A DNA stretch of 32,000 nucleotides from Candidatus Saccharimonadota bacterium (GCA_000503915.1 CP006915.1:330001-362000), one strand, 5' to 3'. Counted from the stretch's first letter, positions 17,400-25,418 are shown. Made by a program: numbers and translations. Notes: generated by a model not told the origin, from the sequence alone.

Positions 17400-17963
17400 C
17401 TACAGGGAAGAGCTTGAGCTATTCTTTAAAAATGCCGATACGGCATGGAGTATCCGCGAAAGACTGATTGAGCCGATACACACGATGTACAGGACGAATA
17501 GTGCCCCAAAAGCAAATACCCTATCTTGAGGAGCGGTGTCTATAAGAATTCCGACCAGGGTGACGGCATAAACCGCCGTGATGGTTAAAAATACGGAACG
17601 AAACTTTACCTTAAACGACGGCAGTAACTTTTGAACGACTGATATAACCACCGTGGTAAGCACTGCCCAGCTACCCACGAGTAGGCTAATATCATTTTCA
17701 TCAAAGCTGGTGCGACCGGTGAGCGCCCACGGCCAGTAGAATATGCGCCATAAGGCTGGCCAGGCATCGGGCATCGACCCAAGCAGGGAGAACAGGAACA
17801 AGGTAATCGGTATCATGAGAGTTATGCCCGTTACGAGCAGTATACTCCGCGAGAAAAAGAGTATTGCTAGCCAAGCAGCCATGCGAACGGCATAGAGCAA
17901 AAGTTGCTGACGCGTATTTTCGTTTACGGGGACAACCGGAGAAGGTTTAGAGTTCATGTCCAT
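17400..17963 (-). CDS. hypothetical polytopic membrane protein
   Basis: 187 aa with about 5 hydrophobic helices and no recognised family. Minus-strand TATAAT (17967-17972) lies 3 nt from ATG 17963 and 9 nt from the second ATG at 17957, so the start may be 17957. Confidence 0.6.
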   Translation of the reverse strand: MDMNSKPSPVVPVNENTRQQLLLYAVRMAAWLAILFFSRSILLVTGITLMIPITLFLFSLLGSMPDAWPALWRIFYWPWALTGRTSFDENDISLLVGSWAVLTTVVISVVQKLLPSFKVKFRSVFLTITAVYAVTLVGILIDTAPQDRVFAFGALFVLYIVCIGSISLSRILHAVSAFLKNSSSSSL

Positions 17964-17982
17964 ACTATTATACTGTTCTCCT

Positions 17983-17991
17983 TGCTATAAT
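17983..17991 (+). promoter_or_regulatory. extended -10 (TGcTATAAT) 8 nt upstream of the argS ATG, leaderless type
   Basis: TGCTATAAT 17983-17991, spacer aaacgaga, ATG 18000. Confidence 0.55.
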
Positions 17992-17999
17992 AAACGAGA

Positions 18000-19628
18000 A
18001 TGGAAACGATTATTGCAAATGTAGTTCGCAATCTCTATGATGCGGATATAGAAATTCAGCTAACTCGACCTGAGCCAAAATTTGGTGACTACGCGACAAA
18101 TGTTGCTTTGCAGCTGGCAAAACCCCTCGGAAAAAACCCGCGCGAGCTTGCGGAAAAAATCGCCACCACACTACGAGAGAGTGGTGACTTCAAAGCAGTT
18201 GAAGTGGCTGGCCCTGGCTTTATTAATCTGACGTTGAGCGATGAGGCATTGCTGGCCGAAGCGGAGCAGTTACCATTGCTTCTGCGTCGCGGTCAAAAAG
18301 TGGTCATTGAAACGAACAACCCAAATCCATTCAAGGCAATGCATATCGGTCACGCCATGAATGCTATTGTTGCCGACACTGTTGCGAACTTGATTGAGGG
18401 AAGCGGCGCTGAGACACACCGCGTCAGCTATCATGGTGATATTGGCCTGCATGTTGGTAAGAGTATGTACAGTTTGCTGCGATATGTAGATGGCGACATC
18501 ACTCGTCTCATGACGATGCCGGATACCGAACACAATAGCTTTATGAGCAGAATGTATGCCGAGGGTTCGCACGCCTACAAAGAAGATGAGGCGGCAAGAG
18601 CGGAGATTGATGAGCTTGCCAGGCAATCATTTACGCAGGATGATCCACTGTATGCACAGGTGTATGACATATGTAAAAACTGGAGCTTTAACCAAATTGA
18701 CGAGATCGTTGGCTTACTCGGTAACGTTCCGATAGAGAAGCGCTACCTAGAGAGCGAAGCTGATGCTCGCGGCGTGCCAACCGTAAAAGCGCACGTGCCA
18801 GATGTTTTTGTCGAATCAGATGGTGCACTGGTATTTGAGGGGAGTAAATACGGCGCCTTCGATAATGTGTTTGTGACCAAACGTGGGCTAGGGCTTTATG
18901 GAGCACGCGACCTAGGGCTAATGCAGCTAAAGAATGATGATTATCATGCCGAAAAAAGCTATATTGTGACCGCTGAAGAGCAGCGCGATTACTTCAAGGG
19001 TGTCATTGCTGCGGCTGAGCTGTGTTTACCAGAGCTCAAAGACGTGACGGTAAATATCTCGACCGGTACGGTCAAACTAACCACTGGCAAGATGAGCTCG
19101 CGTAGCGGTGAGGTAGTTGAAATCTCCTGGCTATTTGAGCAAGTTGCCCAGGCCATTCGAACTCGCGGTGGTGAGCCGACCGACGAGCTGATTGCAGGCG
19201 CTTTGCGCTACCAGTTTCTGAAGGTGCACATTGGCGGCGACATCGTCTTTGATATCAACGAAGCCGTCAGCCTACAAGGCAATACTGGCTCGTACTTGCA
19301 GTATGCCTATGCCAGAGCGCACAGTATTATAACTAAATCAACGGCCGACGCAAGTAAGCCCGAAACATTAACCGAGAGCGAGCGGCTACTAGTTCGTAAG
19401 ATAAGCGAGTATGGCTTGACAGTAGGGCGAGCGATGAATGAACTTGCACCACATGGTATATGCACCTATCTCTACGAGCTAGCCCAAGAATTCAATCGAT
19501 TTTACGAAAAAGAGCGGATTATCGGTGACACGCGCGAGAGTGAGCGGCGTTATATCGTCAAGCAATACATGGATACGTTGGCTCGGGGCTTGCGCTTGCT
19601 GGGCATCATTGCACCAGAGACGATGTAG
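18000..19628 (+). CDS. argS: arginine--tRNA ligase
   Basis: 542 aa with the class I HIGH motif (AMHIGHAMN), a KMSS variant of KMSKS (GKMSSRSG) and a C-terminal DALR-type anticodon-binding region. Confidence 0.94.
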   Translation: METIIANVVRNLYDADIEIQLTRPEPKFGDYATNVALQLAKPLGKNPRELAEKIATTLRESGDFKAVEVAGPGFINLTLSDEALLAEAEQLPLLLRRGQKVVIETNNPNPFKAMHIGHAMNAIVADTVANLIEGSGAETHRVSYHGDIGLHVGKSMYSLLRYVDGDITRLMTMPDTEHNSFMSRMYAEGSHAYKEDEAARAEIDELARQSFTQDDPLYAQVYDICKNWSFNQIDEIVGLLGNVPIEKRYLESEADARGVPTVKAHVPDVFVESDGALVFEGSKYGAFDNVFVTKRGLGLYGARDLGLMQLKNDDYHAEKSYIVTAEEQRDYFKGVIAAAELCLPELKDVTVNISTGTVKLTTGKMSSRSGEVVEISWLFEQVAQAIRTRGGEPTDELIAGALRYQFLKVHIGGDIVFDINEAVSLQGNTGSYLQYAYARAHSIITKSTADASKPETLTESERLLVRKISEYGLTVGRAMNELAPHGICTYLYELAQEFNRFYEKERIIGDTRESERRYIVKQYMDTLARGLRLLGIIAPETM

Positions 19629-19657
19629 TTGACACTTCTCATACGGGGGTGTATGAT
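19629..19657 (+). promoter_or_regulatory. near-consensus sigma-70 promoter (TTGACA-N17-TATGAT) with no annotated gene directly behind it
   Basis: TTGACA 19629-19634, a 17-nt spacer, then TATGAT 19652-19657. It starts 1 nt after the argS stop. Confidence 0.6.
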
Positions 19658-19766
19658 TTGGGGCAGGAAACACTATGCTAGGTACTTATCAAACAATCCG
19701 GAGTGGACTTATTCTCGTGATTTTTGATAGCGCCTCGGCAGCGTAGTTTCGTCATTTCGATTCAAC

Positions 19767-19799
19767 AGCCGCCGGGGATAATCCCGGCAGCTTTTGTTT
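19767..19799 (+). terminator. intrinsic terminator-like hairpin with T-tract
   Basis: AGC-c-GCCGGG (19767-19776), loop gataat, CCCGGC-a-GCT (19783-19792) running into TTTTGTTT. A second weaker hairpin, CAAGA-aaccgg-TCTTG-TTTT, lies at 19816-19835. Confidence 0.5.
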
Positions 19800-19859
19800 C
19801 GGAGCATACGGAAAGCAAGAAACCGGTCTTGTTTTCCAGAGAACCTTTAGGAGGATACG

Positions 19860-20141
19860 TTGGACACCAACGACTTGGATGATATTGTTCTCGGTGTCAT
19901 CGAAGTGGCCTACATGGAAGGGCGGCCGTTGACCTATGCGGTCGGACCGCTGTCGGATCGCCGTATCAAGCAGGAGTTCCGTGCTCGCAACCTCATCGCA
20001 CCGATGGATCGGTTGTGCGGTAGTATCAACCGTCTCGCGCAGATGGGGGTACTCCGCAAGGTTCCCACTGGTGCGCAGATGATTGGCAGTGGGAGCTGCG
20101 GCACGCGGCCGTACGACATCGTGGAGCTTGAGCCCATCTGA
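19860..20141 (+). CDS. hypothetical small protein, possibly winged-helix DNA-binding, in a GC-rich islet
   Basis: 93 aa with a TTG start 5 nt after AGGAGG (19849-19854). The codon pattern looks coding with G/C-rich third positions. The segment MDRLCGSINRLAQMGVLRKV resembles a wHTH recognition helix and wing. No family assignment is possible by eye. Confidence 0.5.
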   Translation: MDTNDLDDIVLGVIEVAYMEGRPLTYAVGPLSDRRIKQEFRARNLIAPMDRLCGSINRLAQMGVLRKVPTGAQMIGSGSCGTRPYDIVELEPI

Positions 20142-20154
20142 GCTTTTCCTCACT

Positions 20155-20220
20155 CCGTCTTACAAGACGGGAACCCTACCGGGGGGCGACCAAGACGGCG
20201 ATCCCGTCTACGGTCGCCCC
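20155..20220 (+). terminator. two GC-rich hairpins after the islet ORF (no T-tract)
   Basis: CCGTCTT-ac-AAGACGG lies at 20155-20170. GGGGCGACC-a-AGACGG-cgatc-CCGTCT-ac-GGTCGCCCC lies at 20183-20220 (15 bp paired). The CCGTCT/AGACGG arm is reused in both. Confidence 0.45.
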
Positions 20221-20274
20221 TCGGGGCAACAACTTTGCTATACTTTTATATAGATTAAAGGAGATTTCCGTATT

Positions 20275-20715
20275 ATGGCACAAAAGTCAGCAAATCAGGC
20301 GGCCGCAGAGGCCAAACGCGAAGCTGCCGCTGCACGCAAGGAAGCTGCTCGGGCAAGAACCGAGGCTGCTAAGGCTCGCGTCTCTCGTTTTGGGAGTGGT
20401 CATGCGGCCGGTTTTGTGGATTTCATTCGTCAGCAAGGTGTTGTCGGCCTAGCGGTCGGTCTGGCGATCGGTGCCGCCGCCGGTGCGAGCGTCAAGGCGA
20501 TCGTTGAAGGCTTTGTTACACCACTGGTACGGCTTATTGTTGGTACTGAAAGCAGGTTTGAATCTGCGGTCTGGCATGTCAAGATTGGTACACATCAGGC
20601 TGACTTTGCTTGGGGAGCGGTGATATCCTCACTGATTACTCTGTTGGCAACCGCTTTAGTCATCTATGCCGTCGTCCACGGTGCGAAACTCGACCGTCTA
20701 GATAAAAAGAAGTAA
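20275..20715 (+). CDS. mscL: large-conductance mechanosensitive channel with an N-terminal extension of about 44 aa
   Basis: The core GFVDFIRQQGVVGLAVGLAIGAAAGASVKAIVEGFVTPLV aligns with the E. coli MscL S1/TM1 region. It also has a second TM and a C-terminal KLDRLDKKK. AAGGAG sits upstream of ATG 20275. Confidence 0.85.
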   Translation: MAQKSANQAAAEAKREAAAARKEAARARTEAAKARVSRFGSGHAAGFVDFIRQQGVVGLAVGLAIGAAAGASVKAIVEGFVTPLVRLIVGTESRFESAVWHVKIGTHQADFAWGAVISSLITLLATALVIYAVVHGAKLDRLDKKK

Positions 20716-20793
20716 TAGCCATCTCCGTATAATTGCTTTACTTTGTATAGCAATGTTGCTATACTCGGGATAGTAAACTAAATAATCGGAGGA

Positions 20794-21381
20794 TTGATGA
20801 AAATAAATATTATTGTCGGGAGCATTCGGGGAAGTAGGGGGTCAGACAAGGTAGCAAACTGGGTGAAAACTAGCGCTGATGAGGCTGGTCTTGGTGCAGA
20901 GTTTACGATCGTTGACTTAAAAGATTATGACCTGCCGCTATTTGCCGAGTCACAGCTGCCGATGGCGCAGCAAAACCGTCAAGAAACGGGTGCTGTGAAA
21001 GAGTGGCTGGACGCCATGAGCGATGCCGATGGTTTTATTTTTGTAACGCCGGAGTACAATCATGGTATACCAAGTGCACTCAAGAATGCGATTGATTATC
21101 TCGATTTTCAGCTCATGAAAAAGCCGATTGCTATCGCCAGTCACGGTGCGATGGGCGGTGCACGGGCTAACGAACAGTTGCGACTGATCATCAACAGTAA
21201 CCTGGGCGGTCTGCCGATTTCGAACAGCGTCACTTTGAAGGCGCCGGTCGCGTTTGAAGAGGTCGTAGGTGACAATGGCCGCCTGGTTGAGCAGTATGTC
21301 CGCGAGCAGAAACCGCTCGACAGTTTGCTCGAGAATATCGTCTGGTACACCGAGGCACTCAAGACTGCGCGGGAAAAATAA
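20794..21381 (+). CDS. NAD(P)H-dependent FMN reductase family oxidoreductase
   Basis: 195 aa with a flavodoxin-like fold signature (MKINIIVGSIRGSRGS ... FVTPEYNHGIPSALKNAIDYL). GGAGG lies upstream. The start is TTG 20794 or ATG 20797. Confidence 0.85.
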   Translation: MMKINIIVGSIRGSRGSDKVANWVKTSADEAGLGAEFTIVDLKDYDLPLFAESQLPMAQQNRQETGAVKEWLDAMSDADGFIFVTPEYNHGIPSALKNAIDYLDFQLMKKPIAIASHGAMGGARANEQLRLIINSNLGGLPISNSVTLKAPVAFEEVVGDNGRLVEQYVREQKPLDSLLENIVWYTEALKTAREK

Positions 21382-21383
21382 GC

Positions 21384-21779
21384 GTGACGGTTGACAGCGA
21401 TTACCGAGATACGCTTTCACCAGAGCAGTATCGGGTGTTGCGCAAAAAAGGAACGGAAATGCCAGGGAGTGGTAAATATGTCGATTTTTATGAAGACGGC
21501 ATGTATCACTGCGCCGCTTGTGGGCAGGCATTGTTTGCCAGTAACTCAAAGTACGAGTCCACTATGCCGGGACTGATCGGCTGGCCGGCATTTTCCGAAG
21601 CTGCAGATAAGGGAGCGGTAGAGCTAAAAAGTGACGACAGCCTCGGTATGCACCGGACGGAAGTTGTCTGTAAAAACTGCGGCAGCCACCTCGGCCACCT
21701 GTTTGCTGATGACTCGTCTCCGAACGGCCAGCACTACTGTATCAATTCTGTTTGTCTCGATTTTAAGGCAAAAAGTTAG
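21384..21779 (+). CDS. msrB: peptide-methionine (R)-S-oxide reductase
   Basis: 131 aa with a GTG start. It has two CxxC zinc pairs (CAACG, CKNCG), GHLF, and the catalytic Cys context HYCINS. Confidence 0.92.
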   Translation: MTVDSDYRDTLSPEQYRVLRKKGTEMPGSGKYVDFYEDGMYHCAACGQALFASNSKYESTMPGLIGWPAFSEAADKGAVELKSDDSLGMHRTEVVCKNCGSHLGHLFADDSSPNGQHYCINSVCLDFKAKS

Positions 21780-21803
21780 CCCCCTTCAATCTAGAAGAGG
21801 GGC
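21780..21803. terminator. hairpin between convergent msrB and the minus-strand orphan gene
   Basis: CCCCCTTC-aatcta-GAAG(a)GGGG. On the minus strand it is followed by a TTTTT run (complement of 21771-21775). Confidence 0.45.
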
Positions 21804-21865
21804 GTACATCATTTCGGTAAGTCATCCCTACTCGGGCTTTTTCTATCCTACTCTGATTGTACGAC

Positions 21866-22420
21866 TTAGTGCACTACCATCAAGCGTCCACCGTTGTGGA
21901 GCGCTTCTCGTCGAAGGCGTGCATCGACCCGTTTGGCCTCATTCGCGAGCTTCCGGTGGAGCCGGTACTCGTCCACCAGGCTCTGGACAACGTTCCACGT
22001 TCCGGGTGTCTGGGCGTTAAACCAGATACTATCGGGTGACAACATCGCCAGCTGAACCGCAACGAGCTGTCGCTCAGTGTTTCGAGCCACGTCTCGGAGA
22101 ACGGAAGAAGTATCTCCCACAAACTCCGGTAGCTCACTGGCGGTGACGATTCCACTCTTCATCCCGATCACAACGCGCTCGACGATGTACTGCACCAGAT
22201 CCTTCTGGCGATGCCCGACTCCGATGATGAAGTTGTCGGTGCCACGCAGCTTGCCATGTGACCAGAAAGTCGCGTGGTCGAATGCCATCAGAATGCGATA
22301 CTGGGCAATCAGCAACTTGAGCGCCAGCTCATCGTCAGTGAACAGCTCATCCAGTCGATAACCGGGGATATGCGATGTGTGTCTTGGCTGATAGGTGCGT
22401 AAGGCAGAGATGCGTGACAT
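21866..22420 (-). CDS. hypothetical protein (GC-elevated orphan)
   Basis: The ORF is open to 22489. The preferred start is ATG 22420-22418, preceded by GAGAGGAG, giving 184 aa (MSRISALRTYQPRH...). No family was recognised. My hand count over 21901-22260 gives 58% GC. Confidence 0.55.
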   Translation of the reverse strand: MSRISALRTYQPRHTSHIPGYRLDELFTDDELALKLLIAQYRILMAFDHATFWSHGKLRGTDNFIIGVGHRQKDLVQYIVERVVIGMKSGIVTASELPEFVGDTSSVLRDVARNTERQLVAVQLAMLSPDSIWFNAQTPGTWNVVQSLVDEYRLHRKLANEAKRVDARLRREALHNGGRLMVVH

Positions 22421-22513
22421 GCTTCTCCTCTCACATGACGGTATTTCCGTCAATGTCTTAGTTATAAACCATAAGCAGCGGGATGGCAACTATCAATTAC
22501 GAGCCCCAGGGAG

Positions 22514-22522
22514 TGCTATACT
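22514..22522 (+). promoter_or_regulatory. extended -10 (TGcTATACT) 6 nt upstream of the orn ATG, leaderless type
   Basis: TGCTATACT 22514-22522, spacer agtggc, ATG 22529. Confidence 0.55.
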
Positions 22523-22528
22523 AGTGGC

Positions 22529-23062
22529 ATGTCTATGGATGCAAAATTACTCTGGATTGACCTTGAGATGACCGGGCTTGATCCTAAAGAAGATCGAATA
22601 CTTGAAGTGGCCGCAGTGGCGACTGACTGGGACTTTAACGAGGTCGCGACGTATGAAGCGGTCAAAAAGGTTGGCCCATCACTAATGAAGCAGCGCATGG
22701 TTGGAGAGTTCTGGGAGAAGTTTACGAACGTACGTGATGCATTGATGGCCCAAAACGGTAGCGGCAAGAATGGCCGAACGATAGAAAATGAGCTACTAGA
22801 GTTTATTGAGACGCATCTCGATACAGATAAAAAGATCTTGCTTGCCGGCAATTCAATTCACCAGGATCGAAAGTTTATAGAGAATGAATGGCCGCGACTC
22901 GATAAAAAGCTGCATTACCGTATGCTCGACGTTAGTGCCTGGAAAGTCGTCTTTGAAGGCAAGTACAAAAAGAAGTTTGCCAAGCCTGAAGCCCACCGAG
23001 CACTCGAAGATATTCGCGGTTCGATTGAAGAGCTACAGTACTACCTGAAGAAAATAAAATAA
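22529..23062 (+). CDS. orn: oligoribonuclease
   Basis: 177 aa DEDDh exonuclease (LLWIDLEMTGLDP, GNSIHQDRKF, HRALEDI). Confidence 0.93.
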   Translation: MSMDAKLLWIDLEMTGLDPKEDRILEVAAVATDWDFNEVATYEAVKKVGPSLMKQRMVGEFWEKFTNVRDALMAQNGSGKNGRTIENELLEFIETHLDTDKKILLAGNSIHQDRKFIENEWPRLDKKLHYRMLDVSAWKVVFEGKYKKKFAKPEAHRALEDIRGSIEELQYYLKKIK

Positions 23063-23063
23063 G

Positions 23064-23072
23064 TGCTACAAT
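23064..23072 (+). promoter_or_regulatory. extended -10 (TGcTACAAT) 6 nt upstream of ATG 23079, leaderless type
   Basis: TGCTACAAT 23064-23072, spacer aagctc, ATG 23079. It begins 2 nt after the orn stop. Confidence 0.5.
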
Positions 23073-23078
23073 AAGCTC

Positions 23079-24311
23079 ATGAAGAGCTTGCGGGAGCGCC
23101 GTCGCCGTCAGCCACGAGTGTGGCTAATCGTACTGTGCTGCTTGCTGCTTGTAGGTGCTGGAGCCGCCACATATTATTATCTGGGTCAAAGCCGCACCGC
23201 TTCGCCTTCGTCAGGTATTGTTCGATCTACGACAATCGAAAAGCCAGCGCAACCGGTCAGTGTCACTAGCGATCTTCTGGCGACGGGTAATTCTTTCTGG
23301 GGGCGCTATACCAATGACTGGGCAATGGCCAGCCCGGAAAAGTATGCCTATCCATTTTCGCGCCTGGAGGAATTGCAACGCGACCAGTACGATGCCTGGA
23401 TCTCCGGCCTGGAATGTCCAATGGCCGCTGCCATCACGATGACTTCGGCTGAGATGGAGCAGAACCTACAGTTTAACTGTTCGTCCAAGTACTTAAGTGA
23501 AGCCGCCAAATGGTACACTGTCTTTACGCTTGCCAATAACCATACCGACAACCAAGGCGTAGCTGGTTTCAAAGAGACCCAAACTCACCTCGATGAGCAT
23601 GGTATTCAATATTTTGGTCACTACGATCCGACGAGATTAGACGATGCCTGTGACGTGATCGCCATGCCAGTGACAGTAACGTACGACAACAAAACAAGCA
23701 AAAAAGCTCATCTGCCCATGGCATTCTGTGGCTATCATGGTGTTTTCCAGATTCCACCGGCTGAGGCAGTGGCACAGGAGACACCCTACAGCAAGTACAT
23801 GCCGGTGATCGCCATGCCGCATATGGGTTCGGAGTATACCCCCGCTCCGGATCAGATTAAAACCGACTTTTATCACAGCTTGATCGATGCCGGTGCCGAT
23901 GTGGTGCTGGGCGACCATCCGCATTGGATCCAGAGTACGGAAAGCTACAAAGGCCATTTAATCGTTTACTCGATGGGGAACTTCATGTTTGATCAGCAGG
24001 ATACGCTCGAGGTGACACGTTCAGCAGCGATCCATATGAAACTATCACTGACGGCAAGCAAAAATCCACAGCTGGCGAACTGGCTCAAGCTGGGCGACAG
24101 CTGCAAAGCATATCACGACAGCTGTTTGTCTCAGGTGAAACAAGCGGGTCTCCAAAAGCTTGACGCCACGTATCAATTCGGTGCCGTCGGCACTAGGGAC
24201 GACGGTCACCGTACACATCTGGCAGATGCGGCTGACACTGCCAGTATCCTACAACGCCTACAGTGGAACCAGACGATGAGCCAGTTGCACTCTCCCTACG
24301 CCAGCCTGTAA
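23079..24311 (+). CDS. CapA/PGA_cap-family metallophosphatase-like protein, membrane anchored
   Basis: 410 aa with an N-terminal TM (VWLIVLCCLLLVGAGAA). Family-typical motifs are NNHTDN, PHMGSEY, GADVVLGDHPHWIQ and YSMGNFMFDQ. Confidence 0.8.
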   Translation: MKSLRERRRRQPRVWLIVLCCLLLVGAGAATYYYLGQSRTASPSSGIVRSTTIEKPAQPVSVTSDLLATGNSFWGRYTNDWAMASPEKYAYPFSRLEELQRDQYDAWISGLECPMAAAITMTSAEMEQNLQFNCSSKYLSEAAKWYTVFTLANNHTDNQGVAGFKETQTHLDEHGIQYFGHYDPTRLDDACDVIAMPVTVTYDNKTSKKAHLPMAFCGYHGVFQIPPAEAVAQETPYSKYMPVIAMPHMGSEYTPAPDQIKTDFYHSLIDAGADVVLGDHPHWIQSTESYKGHLIVYSMGNFMFDQQDTLEVTRSAAIHMKLSLTASKNPQLANWLKLGDSCKAYHDSCLSQVKQAGLQKLDATYQFGAVGTRDDGHRTHLADAADTASILQRLQWNQTMSQLHSPYASL

Positions 24312-24320
24312 ACTAGTGAC

Positions 24321-24659
24321 ATGATGACGCATAAAGAACTCGAAGAATATCTGCTCGGTTTTCCGAACACTTGGCTTGATTTCCCGTTTGGTGAAGGCAC
24401 GAGCGTCTATAAAGTAGGCCACAAGGAAACGGGCGAAGGCAAGATGTTTGGTTTAATCGCCGACGGGAGCGATCCGCTGCGCGTCAGCCTCAAGTGTGAT
24501 CCGCAGCTGGCCGAGACGCTACGCGAGAAGTACGAAAGCGTGCAGCCCGGCTACCACTTGAATAAAAAACACTGGAATACCATCATTTGTACGGGGCAGC
24601 TTCCAGACGAGGAAATCAAAGATTTAGCACGACTCAGTTACAATTTGGTTGCCAGCTAG
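24321..24659 (+). CDS. MmcQ/YjbR-family protein
   Basis: 112 aa with LEEYLLGFPNTWLDFPFGEG...KMFGLI...LKCDP...PGYHLNKKHWNTI, typical of the YjbR fold family. Confidence 0.8.
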   Translation: MMTHKELEEYLLGFPNTWLDFPFGEGTSVYKVGHKETGEGKMFGLIADGSDPLRVSLKCDPQLAETLREKYESVQPGYHLNKKHWNTIICTGQLPDEEIKDLARLSYNLVAS

Positions 24660-24699
24660 CTTAATCTACTTCGCGAACATCGATCGATAGACCACTTTC

Positions 24700-24725
24700 G
24701 CAGTGGTAAGTGATTCTACCACTGC
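24700..24725. terminator. 9-bp perfect hairpin between convergent genes
   Basis: GCAGTGGTA-agtgattc-TACCACTGC. An alternative pairing uses ACCACT (24691-24696) with AGTGGT (24702-24707). Confidence 0.5.
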
Positions 24726-24769
24726 TTGCATCTCGCTTTTAGTCTATCTTGTAGAATTTGCAAAGTAGG

Positions 24770-25369
24770 TTAGGCGGTAGTAAGCGCTGAGAAGCTTTCT
24801 TGGAGCGGCTTAAGATTGTCGTTAGTTTCGTTTAGAAACTTTTTCAAACTTTCACTTCGAGCCGATGAATAAAGAACACTTATTTGGTTACGCAACGTCT
24901 TGAGATAATAAACAATTTCACGCGTATAGGTGCGATCATAGACACCGTTGAGACGGGCGTCTTCCAGGGCATCGGTTAATTTTGTAGTCTCGGTAGCCAC
25001 TTCTTTAAACTGGGTATTCTTCTCATTGAGCGTAATATCCGCATCGGTCAGGATATCGGCAATGTCACGGTTGGCGTTGGTGAGGACTAGGGTTAAGCTA
25101 CTATTAAGGCTGCGTAACTCCGAGGTTTGCAGGTCATTTTTGGCCTCGGTGGAAACGGTTTGAAGTGCCTCAAGCCGCGCAGCAAAAGTCGTAAGATCGG
25201 GTTTGCTGGTGCCGCCAAACGAGGTAAGTGCCATGAAGATAATGATAACCAGTGCTATAGCGACGCCGATGATTCCCCAGAGCAGAAAGGGGCTTAGCAT
25301 TTTTCGTTGTGGGGTAGGCGCGATTGAGTTGAGATAATCAAGTGGGGCTTGTGGCGTATTTTGATCCAT
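24770..25369 (-). CDS. hypothetical single-pass membrane protein with a helical ectodomain
   Basis: 199 aa with a TM at LLWGIIGVAIALVIIIFMAL. The remainder is Thr/Leu/Asn-rich and predicted helical. No family recognised. Confidence 0.6.
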   Translation of the reverse strand: MDQNTPQAPLDYLNSIAPTPQRKMLSPFLLWGIIGVAIALVIIIFMALTSFGGTSKPDLTTFAARLEALQTVSTEAKNDLQTSELRSLNSSLTLVLTNANRDIADILTDADITLNEKNTQFKEVATETTKLTDALEDARLNGVYDRTYTREIVYYLKTLRNQISVLYSSARSESLKKFLNETNDNLKPLQESFSALTTA

Positions 25370-25409
25370 ATCCTACCTAGTTAAGCATAATTAGTTACAG
25401 AGGTAAAGG

Positions 25410-25418
25410 TGGTATACT
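25410..25418 (+). promoter_or_regulatory. extended -10 (TGgTATACT) 6 nt upstream of the dnaG ATG, leaderless type
   Basis: TGGTATACT 25410-25418, spacer ataggc, ATG 25425. Confidence 0.55.

Noticed and set aside
19660-19800. A tmRNA, tRNA or SRP RNA behind the orphan promoter (GGGGCAGG 5' end, sORF ending in ASAA, TTCGATTC segment)
   Set aside because: I could build no acceptor or T-arm pairing and found no GGTTCGAATCC-type T-loop. There is no CCA-proximal stem, the length is far too short for tmRNA, and the SRP GGAA/AGCA motifs are absent.
19752-20153. The 133-aa minus-strand ORF across the GC-rich islet
   Set aside because: It has no RBS and an Arg/Pro-rich translation typical of antisense reading of high-GC coding DNA. 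The plus-strand ORF has AGGAGG and better codon periodicity. This call is less certain than the others.
20950-21549. The 199-aa minus-strand ORF across the FMN reductase/msrB junction
   Set aside because: It overlaps two genes with clear family motifs on the opposite strand.
22516-22851. The 111-aa minus-strand ORF opposite orn
   Set aside because: It is an antisense shadow of a clear DEDDh exonuclease gene.
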